NCBI GenBank assembly: GCA_035371905.1
Contig: DAORXQ010000001.1
Span: forward strand, 1 to 60,876
Origin: a bacterium
GTDB lineage: Bacteria > Ratteibacteria > UBA8468 > B48-G9 > JAFGKM01
Direction of reading: 5' to 3'
DNA: 60,876 nucleotides
The notes beneath the pieces were generated by a model, which saw nothing but the letters and a program-made list of their open reading frames with translations, did no database searches and was not told the origin of the DNA. Both the position numbers and the translations under genes were made by a program. This document shows, piece after piece, positions 46,541 to 54,658 of this stretch; within the stretch, counting starts at the first letter, position 1; each line of letters starts with the position of its first letter.

Positions 46541-47500
46541 GTAATTATAAAATTCTTCTGGTTTGAGCGAATCAAATTTAAATTTATTTTCAATTAAAAA
46601 TTTCCTTATATCAAGACATAGATGACACTTATTAATATAACCATCCTTTCTTTTATAACCATAACTTTCAGCCCATAAAAGTAAATCATAAATATCAGTC
46701 ATAAGAAAGTTTAAAATTTTATCACCTGTATTTATTCCATTTTTCAAAACTTCTTCAAATTTTCCAGGAGTTATTCCAGAACAAAAACTTGTTATATAAT
46801 TTCCATAAAGGTCTATATGAATATGATAAGGATTAAGAAATTCACCAATACAGTTTGCTCCTTTAAACTTTTCTGCCTTAAATTTAACAAACCAGTTTTC
46901 CAGTGTATACAAAAATTTTCCTTTTGGTACAATATAATTTTTAAGAAAATTGATAAATTTTTCCTGTCCAATAATTTTTAAACAATCTTCAAAATTCATG
47001 GTTCCCCTTATACCCTTTTCTTTAATAATCCTGTATGCATCAATAGTGTAAAAACTCACATTTTCCATTCCAAAAATTTCAAAACTTTTTTTCATGGCAA
47101 TTTCAAAATTTTCAACAGGTACTTTATTGAGGTAGAATACTGAATAACTTAACATAATAGAATTAAGTCCTCCTTCTTTTATTTTTTTTAATTTTTCTTC
47201 AGCAACTTCTTCATTCTTTGCCCAGTAACAATTTGTCTCAACAAAAAACGGGATTTCATATTTTTTTGTCAACTTTACTGCTTCAAGCAAAAGGGGAAAA
47301 TTGATAAATGGTTCTCCTCCTGTTAAATGCAAGGAGACAAAAGAAGATATGTTTTTCAATATTTTTAAACATTTTTCAAATTTATCTATATCTATCCATT
47401 CCATCCAGTTTTTCCTACAATTATATAAGCAGTGTATACAAGATAGATTACATTGATATGAAAGTATAATACCTCCTGAATAAGGAAGAGGTATTTTCAT
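46535..47500 (-). CDS. Radical SAM protein of unknown function, translationally coupled to trpG
   Basis: SYQCNLSCIHCLY (CxxxCxxC), GGEPF. ATGA overlap with the trpG stop. C-terminal CHLC pair. Confidence 0.7.
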   Translation of the reverse strand: MKIPLPYSGGIILSYQCNLSCIHCLYNCRKNWMEWIDIDKFEKCLKILKNISSFVSLHLTGGEPFINFPLLLEAVKLTKKYEIPFFVETNCYWAKNEEVAEEKLKKIKEGGLNSIMLSYSVFYLNKVPVENFEIAMKKSFEIFGMENVSFYTIDAYRIIKEKGIRGTMNFEDCLKIIGQEKFINFLKNYIVPKGKFLYTLENWFVKFKAEKFKGANCIGEFLNPYHIHIDLYGNYITSFCSGITPGKFEEVLKNGINTGDKILNFLMTDIYDLLLWAESYGYKRKDGYINKCHLCLDIRKFLIENKFKFDSLKPEEFYNYL

Positions 47501-48060
47501 TTTATTTCCAAAAAATTTTTTAGAATTTTTTTCCCTTCTTCTGTTAAAATTGATTCAGGATGAAACTGTACACCAAAAATTTTGTACTCTTTATGTCTTA
47601 CCCCCATGATTTCATCATCTTCTGTCCATGCTGTTATTTCAAGAGAATTGGGTAAACTTTCTTTTTCTATTACAAGTGAATGATATCTTGTAGCAACAAA
47701 AGGATTTTCAATTCCCTCAAAAATATCTTTTCCATTATGATAAATTAAAGATGTTTTCCCGTGCATAAGTTTTTTAGCATAGGTAATCTTGCCCCCAAAA
47801 ACATATCCAATACACTGATGTCCAAGACATACCCCGAGTATAGGAAATTTATCCTTAAATTTTTCTATTATTTCACATGAAATTCCCGCATTTTCAGGTC
47901 TTTTAGGTCCCGGAGAAATAACAATTCTATCAAATTTTATCCTTTCAATTTTTTTAATACTCACATCATTTCTATAAACTATAATTTTTTCTCCAAGTTC
48001 TCCGAAATACTGAACAAGGTTATAAACAAAAGAATCGTAATTATCTATCATGAGTACCAT
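47497..48060 (-). CDS. trpG: Anthranilate/aminodeoxychorismate synthase glutamine amidotransferase component
   Basis: Triad motifs GVCLGHQ and FHPES. Confidence 0.88.
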   Translation of the reverse strand: MVLMIDNYDSFVYNLVQYFGELGEKIIVYRNDVSIKKIERIKFDRIVISPGPKRPENAGISCEIIEKFKDKFPILGVCLGHQCIGYVFGGKITYAKKLMHGKTSLIYHNGKDIFEGIENPFVATRYHSLVIEKESLPNSLEITAWTEDDEIMGVRHKEYKIFGVQFHPESILTEEGKKILKNFLEIK

Positions 48061-48062
48061 TT

Positions 48063-49541
48063 TTATATCCTTTTTGAAAAATTATAACTTTCAATAAGTG
48101 CTTTTGCTTTATTTTCCGTTTCTTCATATTCTTTCTCAGGAACAGAATCAGCAACAATTCCTGCACCCGCCTGTATATATATTTTTTTACCCTTAATTAT
48201 AAATGTCCTTATAGTTATACAGAAATCCATACTCTTCTGTAAACTGAAATAACCAACAGCACCTCCATAAGGCCCCCTTCTAACTCCCTCTAACTCTTCT
48301 ATAATCTCCATTGCTCTTATTTTTGGCGCTCCTGTTAATGTACCTGCTGGAAAAGTTGAATTGAATAAATCAACAGAACTTTTGTTTTTCATCAATTTAC
48401 CTTCTACATTTGAAACAAGATGCATAACATGAGAATATTTTTCTATTTTCATCAACTCTGTAACCCTAACAGTTCCTGGATAGCAAACCTTACCGAGGTC
48501 ATTTCTTCCAAGGTCAACAAGCATAATATGTTCTGCTTTCTCTTTTTCATCATTCACCAATTCTTCTTCAAGTTTTTTTTCTTCTTTTTCATCTTTTCCT
48601 CTCGGTCTTGTCCCTGCAATTGGTCTGACATTTGCAATTCCATTTTCAAGTTTTACAAGTATTTCAGGAGAAGAACCAATCAATTTTAAATCTCCAAGTT
48701 CAAGATAAAACATATATGGAGATGGATTCAAACTTCTCAATGCCCTGTATATTTTAAAAACCTCTGTATCAATTTCTCTTTCCCATCTCTGAGAAATAAC
48801 CGCCTGAATTATATCTCCTTCAAAAATATATTTTTTCACCTTCTCAACATTTTTCAAAAATTCTTCCTTTTTAAAATTGCTTTTAAAATCATCATTTTTC
48901 TCTTCAACTTTCCTTTCAATTACTTTAAATGATTTAAAAAATTCACCTGTAAATTTTAAAAGATTCTCTTTTCCTTCATCATAAATCTGTTTTAAAGTTT
49001 TATTCTTTTCAACAAATACATTTGTTATTAAAAAAATTTTCCTTTTAAAATGGTCAAAAATTATCAATTTCTTTGGGAAAAAGAAAATAAAATCAGGAAT
49101 TGAAAGGTCATCCTTACATATCTGTGGAATTTTCTCTATATTTCTCACATAGTCATAAGAAACAAATCCAACAAAACCACCTGTAAAAGAAGGAAGGGGT
49201 TTGATTTTAACTGTAGAATATTTTTTTAAAAAGTCATCTATTATCTTTAAAGAATTTTTTTCCTCAAACTTTTCAATTATCCCTTTTGTATAATCTGTAA
49301 TTTCTACTCTATTTTCCTTTCCCTTGATTATTATTTCAGGATATGAGCCAATAAAAGAATATCTACCTGTTTTTTCTTCTTGCTCAGCGCTTTCAAGAAG
49401 AAAATTATAACTTCCTTTTGCAATTTTTAAAAAAGAAGTAACAGGCGTTTCAAAATCAGCAAGAAACCATGTATGAAAAGGAATTACATTTACTTTTTTA
49501 CTCAAACTTTTAAATTCTTCAAAATCAGGAAATATCTCCAT
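48063..49541 (-). CDS. trpE: Anthranilate synthase component I (chorismate-binding TrpE/PabB family)
   Basis: LESAE.. N-terminal region. C-terminal GTLTGAPKIRAMEIIEELE, RGPYGGAVGY, GAGIVADS. Confidence 0.85.
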   Translation of the reverse strand: MEIFPDFEEFKSLSKKVNVIPFHTWFLADFETPVTSFLKIAKGSYNFLLESAEQEEKTGRYSFIGSYPEIIIKGKENRVEITDYTKGIIEKFEEKNSLKIIDDFLKKYSTVKIKPLPSFTGGFVGFVSYDYVRNIEKIPQICKDDLSIPDFIFFFPKKLIIFDHFKRKIFLITNVFVEKNKTLKQIYDEGKENLLKFTGEFFKSFKVIERKVEEKNDDFKSNFKKEEFLKNVEKVKKYIFEGDIIQAVISQRWEREIDTEVFKIYRALRSLNPSPYMFYLELGDLKLIGSSPEILVKLENGIANVRPIAGTRPRGKDEKEEKKLEEELVNDEKEKAEHIMLVDLGRNDLGKVCYPGTVRVTELMKIEKYSHVMHLVSNVEGKLMKNKSSVDLFNSTFPAGTLTGAPKIRAMEIIEELEGVRRGPYGGAVGYFSLQKSMDFCITIRTFIIKGKKIYIQAGAGIVADSVPEKEYEETENKAKALIESYNFSKRI

Positions 49542-49544
49542 TTT

Positions 49545-51107
49545 TTAAAGTGTCTGTTCACAGATTATCTTCCAATTTCCATTTCTTTTAACAAGATAAA
49601 GAATTTTTCTTGTTTTTGAAGAAAAATTATCTGATGTATAATTCTGTTTGAAAAAAGAGATTGCCATCAGTCCAAATTTCTTTTCCCCATAGGGTAAAAT
49701 CTGTAAATCAGAAAGTTCAATACTTATATATTTTTTTCCTTTATTAATTCTTTCCTTGTATAATCTCCATTCCTTTTTATTCTTTCCTCCTGTTAAAAAT
49801 TCATCATCATAAAATTTTATATATTCCTCTATATTTTTACTTTCCCATGCATTTTTCCATCTTTCCACTGTTTCTTTTATCTCCTTAATATACTCAAATT
49901 TATTAAACAATTTATCCTGTGAAATACAGATAAAAGTTTCTCCTGTTTTAATGTATGGCATTATCTGTTTCATATCACCATCATTAACAACAATACAACC
50001 TTCACTATTGTAAGGCGGTCTCTCTATTGGTGTAGCATGAAACCATATACCATTTCCGTCTTTATTCAATCTTAAATCTATTGGATTTGGATAATTAAGA
50101 GGAAAGGCGGCAATCCCGTATTTTGAAGGTAGATTTGGCGGTTCTATTTTTGATGTTAAAAGGTAAGTACCCTCAGGTGTCCTTTTATCTCCTTTTTTCT
50201 CCTTATCCCCTTTTTCTGTTCCGGTAGTACATTTAAATTCTTTTATTTCTTTAAAAGTATATCCATCAAATGAAACAATATATAATTTCTGCTCATTTTT
50301 TGACACATTTATAAAGCTATATGGATTTAAACCTTCAATCTTTTCCTTTTTCGTTATTTTTTCTTCTTTTTTCTCCTCTATTTTCTTTTCTTCTCTAACA
50401 GCAAGTAAATTTTTAATTTTTTCCCTTTCTGATATCGCCATTCCTTTATTATTTTGAGCAAGATATATTTTCAGAAGTATTTTATGAAGATTAATATCAT
50501 CAGAAATTGCAAGTCCTTCTTCAATATATTCTTTTGCTTTTTTATAATCTCCCTTATTAAGATAATAAAGGGAAAGGTAATAAAAAAGGGATACATCTTT
50601 TAAATTGTAATTATATGCCTTTTCAAGTGCTGAAATTCCCTCTTCTTCTCTATTAATCCCCAGAAGTAATTTACCGAGATTATACCAGTAAATTGGATTT
50701 TGAGGAGAAAGTTCTGTTGCAATATAATAAAGATTAATTTTTTCCCTTATATCCTGACTTTTTTCTATTCTCTTTTCTATATAAGATAGCGCATTTTTCC
50801 TGTCAAAAAGCGAGATTTCAAGTAAAATTTCAGAAACCCTTGGTTGTAAATTTATTTCTTTAAAAATTAAAGCCAGTTCTATTTTTGCTTCTGTCTTTCC
50901 AACAGTACTTTCCAGAATCTTTATATATTCTTCTATTATTTCATTATTATTTGGATTCTGTTTTATCGCTTTTCTGTATTCTTCAAGAGAAAGTTTAAAA
51001 TATCTTCTCGCTTTTTCTTCTGGCTTTTTTATTAAAAATGGTTCACTCTCTTTAATAAGAAAAAAGAAAAAAAATAGAAAAATAACAAGTACCTGTTTTC
51101 GTTTCAT
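49545..51107 (-). CDS. L,D-transpeptidase (YkuD domain) with N-terminal TPR repeats and a C-terminal NTF2/SnoaL-like domain
   Basis: Catalytic region GIWFHATP...NSEGCIVV. TPR-like repeats in the first ~230 aa. Confidence 0.75.
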   Translation of the reverse strand: MKRKQVLVIFLFFFFFLIKESEPFLIKKPEEKARRYFKLSLEEYRKAIKQNPNNNEIIEEYIKILESTVGKTEAKIELALIFKEINLQPRVSEILLEISLFDRKNALSYIEKRIEKSQDIREKINLYYIATELSPQNPIYWYNLGKLLLGINREEEGISALEKAYNYNLKDVSLFYYLSLYYLNKGDYKKAKEYIEEGLAISDDINLHKILLKIYLAQNNKGMAISEREKIKNLLAVREEKKIEEKKEEKITKKEKIEGLNPYSFINVSKNEQKLYIVSFDGYTFKEIKEFKCTTGTEKGDKEKKGDKRTPEGTYLLTSKIEPPNLPSKYGIAAFPLNYPNPIDLRLNKDGNGIWFHATPIERPPYNSEGCIVVNDGDMKQIMPYIKTGETFICISQDKLFNKFEYIKEIKETVERWKNAWESKNIEEYIKFYDDEFLTGGKNKKEWRLYKERINKGKKYISIELSDLQILPYGEKKFGLMAISFFKQNYTSDNFSSKTRKILYLVKRNGNWKIICEQTL

Positions 51108-51118
51108 TCAACTCTTTT

Positions 51119-51304
51119 TCATTCTATTATTATTGCCTCTACAGGACAACTTTCTGCGGCTTCCTTTACTTTTTCCTCAAGTTCAGAAGGAACATTTGTC
51201 AATTTTACAGTTGAAACTGTTTCACCCATTTCAAAAACTTCCGGACAGATATCAACACATAACCCGCAACCAGTACAGAGTTCTTTATCAATTCGTACTT
51301 TCAT
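51119..51304 (-). CDS. Small single-cluster ferredoxin
   Basis: CTGCGLCVDICP ... CPVEAI; 61 aa; strong SD GGAGG. Confidence 0.85.
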   Translation of the reverse strand: MKVRIDKELCTGCGLCVDICPEVFEMGETVSTVKLTNVPSELEEKVKEAAESCPVEAIIIE

Positions 51305-51367
51305 TCTTTCCTCCTTCCTTTTTTAAGATAGTAAATTTTATATTTTTCTTAAAATTTGTCAATATTG

Positions 51368-51439
51368 CTGGGGGAATAGGACTCGAACCTATACGCCGGG
51401 ATCCAGAGTCCCGTGTCCTACCAGTTAGACGATCCCCCA
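51368..51439 (-). tRNA. tRNA-Gln (anticodon CUG)
   Basis: Hand-folded cloverleaf: acceptor TGGGGGA/TCCCCCA, anticodon stem CGGGA/TCCCG with loop CT-CTG-GA, T arm ATAGG-TTCGAGT-CCTAT. CCA is not encoded. Confidence 0.85.
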
Positions 51440-51454
51440 GTTTAATTCTTCAAT

Positions 51455-51661
51455 TCAATCCTTTTTCCTTAAAACTATTCTGTAGTCAGTATCTTTTTTA
51501 GTAAGAATAATATGTCCTTCTCTTGCAAGCCACCCCAATCCCATTATCAGTAAATCCCTATCCCTTCCTGTTATCTCAATTAATTTAGTCAGAGTGGTTT
51601 CATTATATTTTTCAAGATACTGCCATATTTCTCCTGCCACTATTCCTATTTCAGTTATCAT
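51455..51661 (-). CDS. Small winged-helix protein (DUF2582-like)
   Basis: 68 aa, IVAGEIWQYLEKY...LIMGLGWLAREGHI pattern; SD GGGGG. Confidence 0.5.
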   Translation of the reverse strand: MITEIGIVAGEIWQYLEKYNETTLTKLIEITGRDRDLLIMGLGWLAREGHIILTKKDTDYRIVLRKKD

Positions 51662-51687
51662 TTTACCCCCTTGCTTTTTTTATTTTA

Positions 51688-51912
51688 TCATCTTTCTCCC
51701 TTTTTGTGAAGAGTTTTACATCTTGGACATCTGCTTATGTCATTACTTTTACTATCAACATATTCATAAAAACATATAGGACAACACCACAAAGTATTTT
51801 CTTCTGTTTTCTCATATTTTCTTCTTTTTTCTAAAAAAATCCACATAAAAAGAATGCATACACTTATTAAAAGATAGATACTTGCTATAAGGTCAATTGA
51901 TACCTTTATCAT
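51688..51912 (-). CDS. Membrane-anchored zinc-ribbon protein
   Basis: One TM segment, then CPIC...CPRC. Overlaps the tonB stop by 4 nt. Confidence 0.45.
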   Translation of the reverse strand: MIKVSIDLIASIYLLISVCILFMWIFLEKRRKYEKTEENTLWCCPICFYEYVDSKSNDISRCPRCKTLHKKGER

Positions 51913-52586
51913 TTGAGTTTAAAAACTAATGTTATAATTCCCCAGACATCTTTTTCACTTTCCACAGATTCAAATAACCATTTTTTAAATTTTCTTTCAG
52001 CATAGAAATCAATTTCCGGATTACCCGAAGATAAAGAAATTTCTGTATTAAATATTTTTCCTTCCGGATTCACCCAGAATTTTATCTTTACTTTCCCCTC
52101 TATTCCTTTTTGTTGAGCCCACAGTGGATAATCAATTTTTTCCCTGTATATAATTTTTCTTGAACCTGCCGGTCCTTCTATCAAATCTTCAGAAGGATTA
52201 TTCTGTGGAAGATTTAAAACTGGTACTGGTAATGATAATGAACTTATTTTATATTCTGCTTTTTCAACATCAAGGTCAAGTTTCACAGGAGTTATATATT
52301 CTTTTTCGCCAACAATATCCTTTGATGTAATATTTTTAATATTCATTGAAGGGACTTCCTCTTCTGTTTTAATTTTTTGACTACCTATGTTCTCCTCTAT
52401 CTTTTTTGAAACAAAATTAATATTTTCCCTGATTTGTCTTGTTTCCAGAGAAGGATAAATAACAACTTCTATTGGTTTTATTTTTTTTAGAGGGCCTGGC
52501 AGTACAATAGAAAAAAGAGATAGCCCAAGAATATGAATAGAAAAACTTATAAAAATTGCTTTAAGAAAAATGGAATTTGTTCTCAT
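51909..52586 (-). CDS. TonB-family energy transducer
   Basis: N-terminal TM (IFISFSIHILGLSLF) and a C-terminal TonB_C domain (YPLWAQQKGIEGKVKIKFWVNPEGKI). The start is taken at the Met just after the exbD stop. Confidence 0.75.
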   Translation of the reverse strand: MRTNSIFLKAIFISFSIHILGLSLFSIVLPGPLKKIKPIEVVIYPSLETRQIRENINFVSKKIEENIGSQKIKTEEEVPSMNIKNITSKDIVGEKEYITPVKLDLDVEKAEYKISSLSLPVPVLNLPQNNPSEDLIEGPAGSRKIIYREKIDYPLWAQQKGIEGKVKIKFWVNPEGKIFNTEISLSSGNPEIDFYAERKFKKWLFESVESEKDVWGIITLVFKLK

Positions 52587-52587
52587 T

Positions 52588-52995
52588 TTAAAATTCTGGC
52601 ATTGTTGCAACTGCGATTTTTTCAATGCCACAACTTCTTGCCTTATCCATAACACTAACAACTATTCCGTGTTTTGTATCCTTATCTGCTTTAACAATAA
52701 GTATTATATTTTCTTTTCTATTCTTTAATTCCTCTTTTAATTCTTTTTCAAATTCTGAAAGATTAACAACCTTCCCTTTAAAATAAATTTTCCCTTCTTC
52801 TGTAATATTAACAAAAATCTCTCTCTGTTTTATTATGTCTGTAGTTTCTGCTTTTGGTAACTTTATTTTTATTCCGGGCTGCATAATAAAACTTGAACTT
52901 AACATAAAAAATATAATCAACTGGAAAACAACATCTACCATAGGAGTAAGATTTATCTCCCCTTTTACTATCTCACAGTGCCTTTTGAACCTCAT
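52588..52995 (-). CDS. exbD: ExbD/TolR biopolymer transport protein
   Basis: EINLTPMVDVVFQLIIFFM; 135 aa. Confidence 0.85.
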   Translation of the reverse strand: MRFKRHCEIVKGEINLTPMVDVVFQLIIFFMLSSSFIMQPGIKIKLPKAETTDIIKQREIFVNITEEGKIYFKGKVVNLSEFEKELKEELKNRKENIILIVKADKDTKHGIVVSVMDKARSCGIEKIAVATMPEF

Positions 52996-53001
52996 AATTT
53001 A

Positions 53002-53030
53002 ATTTTACTTTTTATTATCTTTACCATCAA
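53002..53030 (-). promoter_or_regulatory. Promoter TTGATG-N17-TAAAAT, 6 nt upstream of the exbD ATG (leaderless candidate)
   Basis: The minus strand reads cTTGATGgtaaagataataaaaagTAAAATtaaattATG. Confidence 0.45.
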
Positions 53031-53046
53031 GTTTTGAATTGTTTTT

Positions 53047-53052
53047 TAAAAT
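53047..53052 (+). promoter_or_regulatory. -10 box TAAAAT 6 nt upstream of the ATG at 53059 (leaderless candidate)
   Basis: ttttTAAAATgataaaATG. No convincing -35 element. Confidence 0.3.
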
Positions 53053-53058
53053 GATAAA

Positions 53059-53922
53059 ATGAAAATAATGGAAAAATATATATGTGGAATAGATGAAAAT
53101 GGTTTTGGTCCTGTTTTAGGTCCGCTTGTAATTACCGGTATCTTAACTTCTGAAGATATAAAAATTCCTGATTATATAAAGGATAGCAAAATTTTTTATA
53201 AGAATAAAAAGGACTTAAAAAAAATTGAAGAAATTGCGGTTATTTCTTTTTATATGGTTGAAAATAGGACACCTTCCTCTCCATACGAAATATTTAAAAG
53301 ATTCAGTTATAAAAAATGTGCCTTTGAAGAAAACCTGTGTGAAAAAAATATCCCCCTTTTTTTTGAAAGTGAAAACATAAAAGAAATTATAAAAAGATAC
53401 AGTGATCTTCTGAAAGAAAAAGATAAAATTAAAAGAATAGAGGTAAAAACTGTATGCCCGTATTTTTTTAACGATTTTGTAAAGAAAAAAAAATCAAAAT
53501 TTCTTTTAAATTTATTCAATTTCTGTGAAATAATAAAAGAGATGGAAAACTACAAAAATATAAAATTCTTCTGTGGAAAAATTGGGGGTACCATCTATTA
53601 CAGAAATTTTCTAAAATATTTTTTACCTGATTATGAAATTTATGCTTTAAAGGAAACTGACGACTTTTCTGAATATAAAATTTCAAAAAAAAATCTTTCT
53701 TTTGAACTTGGATTTTATAAGAATGTTGAAAACATATCACCAGTTGCTTCCTTTTCTTCAATAATAGGTAAATATATGAGAGAAATAATTATGAAGAGTA
53801 TAATAAAAAGTTTGAATATGGATGAGGATATTTCAGGATACAGGGATAGGAAAACAAAAAAATTTATAGAAAAAATTAATTTTTCAAAATTCAGAAAGGA
53901 ATGCATAATAAGAATTTCCTGA
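53059..53922 (+). CDS. Divergent RNase HII-superfamily protein
   Basis: CGIDENGFGPVLGPLVITG resembles G-[VI]-D-E-x-G-R-G-P..GP.V. KDSK follows, and the late SPVASFSSIIGKYMRE resembles ..SAASI[IL]AK..R[DE]. The middle region is not recognisable. Confidence 0.4.
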   Translation: MKIMEKYICGIDENGFGPVLGPLVITGILTSEDIKIPDYIKDSKIFYKNKKDLKKIEEIAVISFYMVENRTPSSPYEIFKRFSYKKCAFEENLCEKNIPLFFESENIKEIIKRYSDLLKEKDKIKRIEVKTVCPYFFNDFVKKKKSKFLLNLFNFCEIIKEMENYKNIKFFCGKIGGTIYYRNFLKYFLPDYEIYALKETDDFSEYKISKKNLSFELGFYKNVENISPVASFSSIIGKYMREIIMKSIIKSLNMDEDISGYRDRKTKKFIEKINFSKFRKECIIRIS

Positions 53923-53931
53923 AAGAAAATA

Positions 53932-53960
53932 TTGACAAAAATAAAAAAGGGGGGTATTAT
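53932..53960 (+). promoter_or_regulatory. Promoter TTGACA-N17-TATTAT, 8 nt upstream of the ATG at 53969 (leaderless candidate)
   Basis: Counted directly; no SD in the 8 nt. Confidence 0.5.
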
Positions 53961-53968
53961 TTACTAAA

Positions 53969-54658
53969 ATGAAAAAAGTTATTGAGTTTTATAAAGGATT
54001 GAATAAACAGAATAGAATAATATTTTGGGTTTGTGTAGGTGTTATTTTTCTTACAATTTTAAGAGTGTCTATCTGGAGTGCAAAAAAAGACAAAACTCCT
54101 ACCGCAAAAATATTTATAAAACAGATAAAAAGTCCGAACAAAAATGAAAAAATATATGCAATTTATAATGCTGGAAATCTGAAGATAAAAGAGGCATTAC
54201 CTGATGTTGAGGATGTATTTCAAAAAGAAAACGATGAGGAAATTAAAAGAGTTTGTGCATGGAGTATAGGACAGATTGATTTTAATAAACTTCTTACATA
54301 TCTTGATAGTTCAGATAAAAAAATAAAGGAAATAACATTTGAAACGATATTGAAAATTGATAAGAAAAATATTGATTATCTTATAGAGAGATTTGATAAG
54401 GAAGATACGGATACAAAATTTAAAATACTTGATTATATGAATTCTCCGGAATATCAGGAAAAATTATTAAAAATTGTTGAAAATGAAAAAGAAGAAATAC
54501 CTGTCAGAAAGAAAGCACTTGAAATATTAAAAGAAAAAGGGAAACCAGAAGAAATAGAAACACCTTTATGGGCTCTTTATTATAATGAGCAGAATGATGA
54601 AATGAAAAATTATGTTTATCAGATAATTAAAGAAATTCAAAAGAGAGGCAAAAAATGA
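53969..54658 (+). CDS. Membrane-anchored HEAT-repeat protein
   Basis: N-terminal TM, then repeats of the ..vR..A.w.LGqI.. type (KRVCAWSIGQID, PVRKKALEILKEKG). Confidence 0.45.
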   Translation: MKKVIEFYKGLNKQNRIIFWVCVGVIFLTILRVSIWSAKKDKTPTAKIFIKQIKSPNKNEKIYAIYNAGNLKIKEALPDVEDVFQKENDEEIKRVCAWSIGQIDFNKLLTYLDSSDKKIKEITFETILKIDKKNIDYLIERFDKEDTDTKFKILDYMNSPEYQEKLLKIVENEKEEIPVRKKALEILKEKGKPEEIETPLWALYYNEQNDEMKNYVYQIIKEIQKRGKK

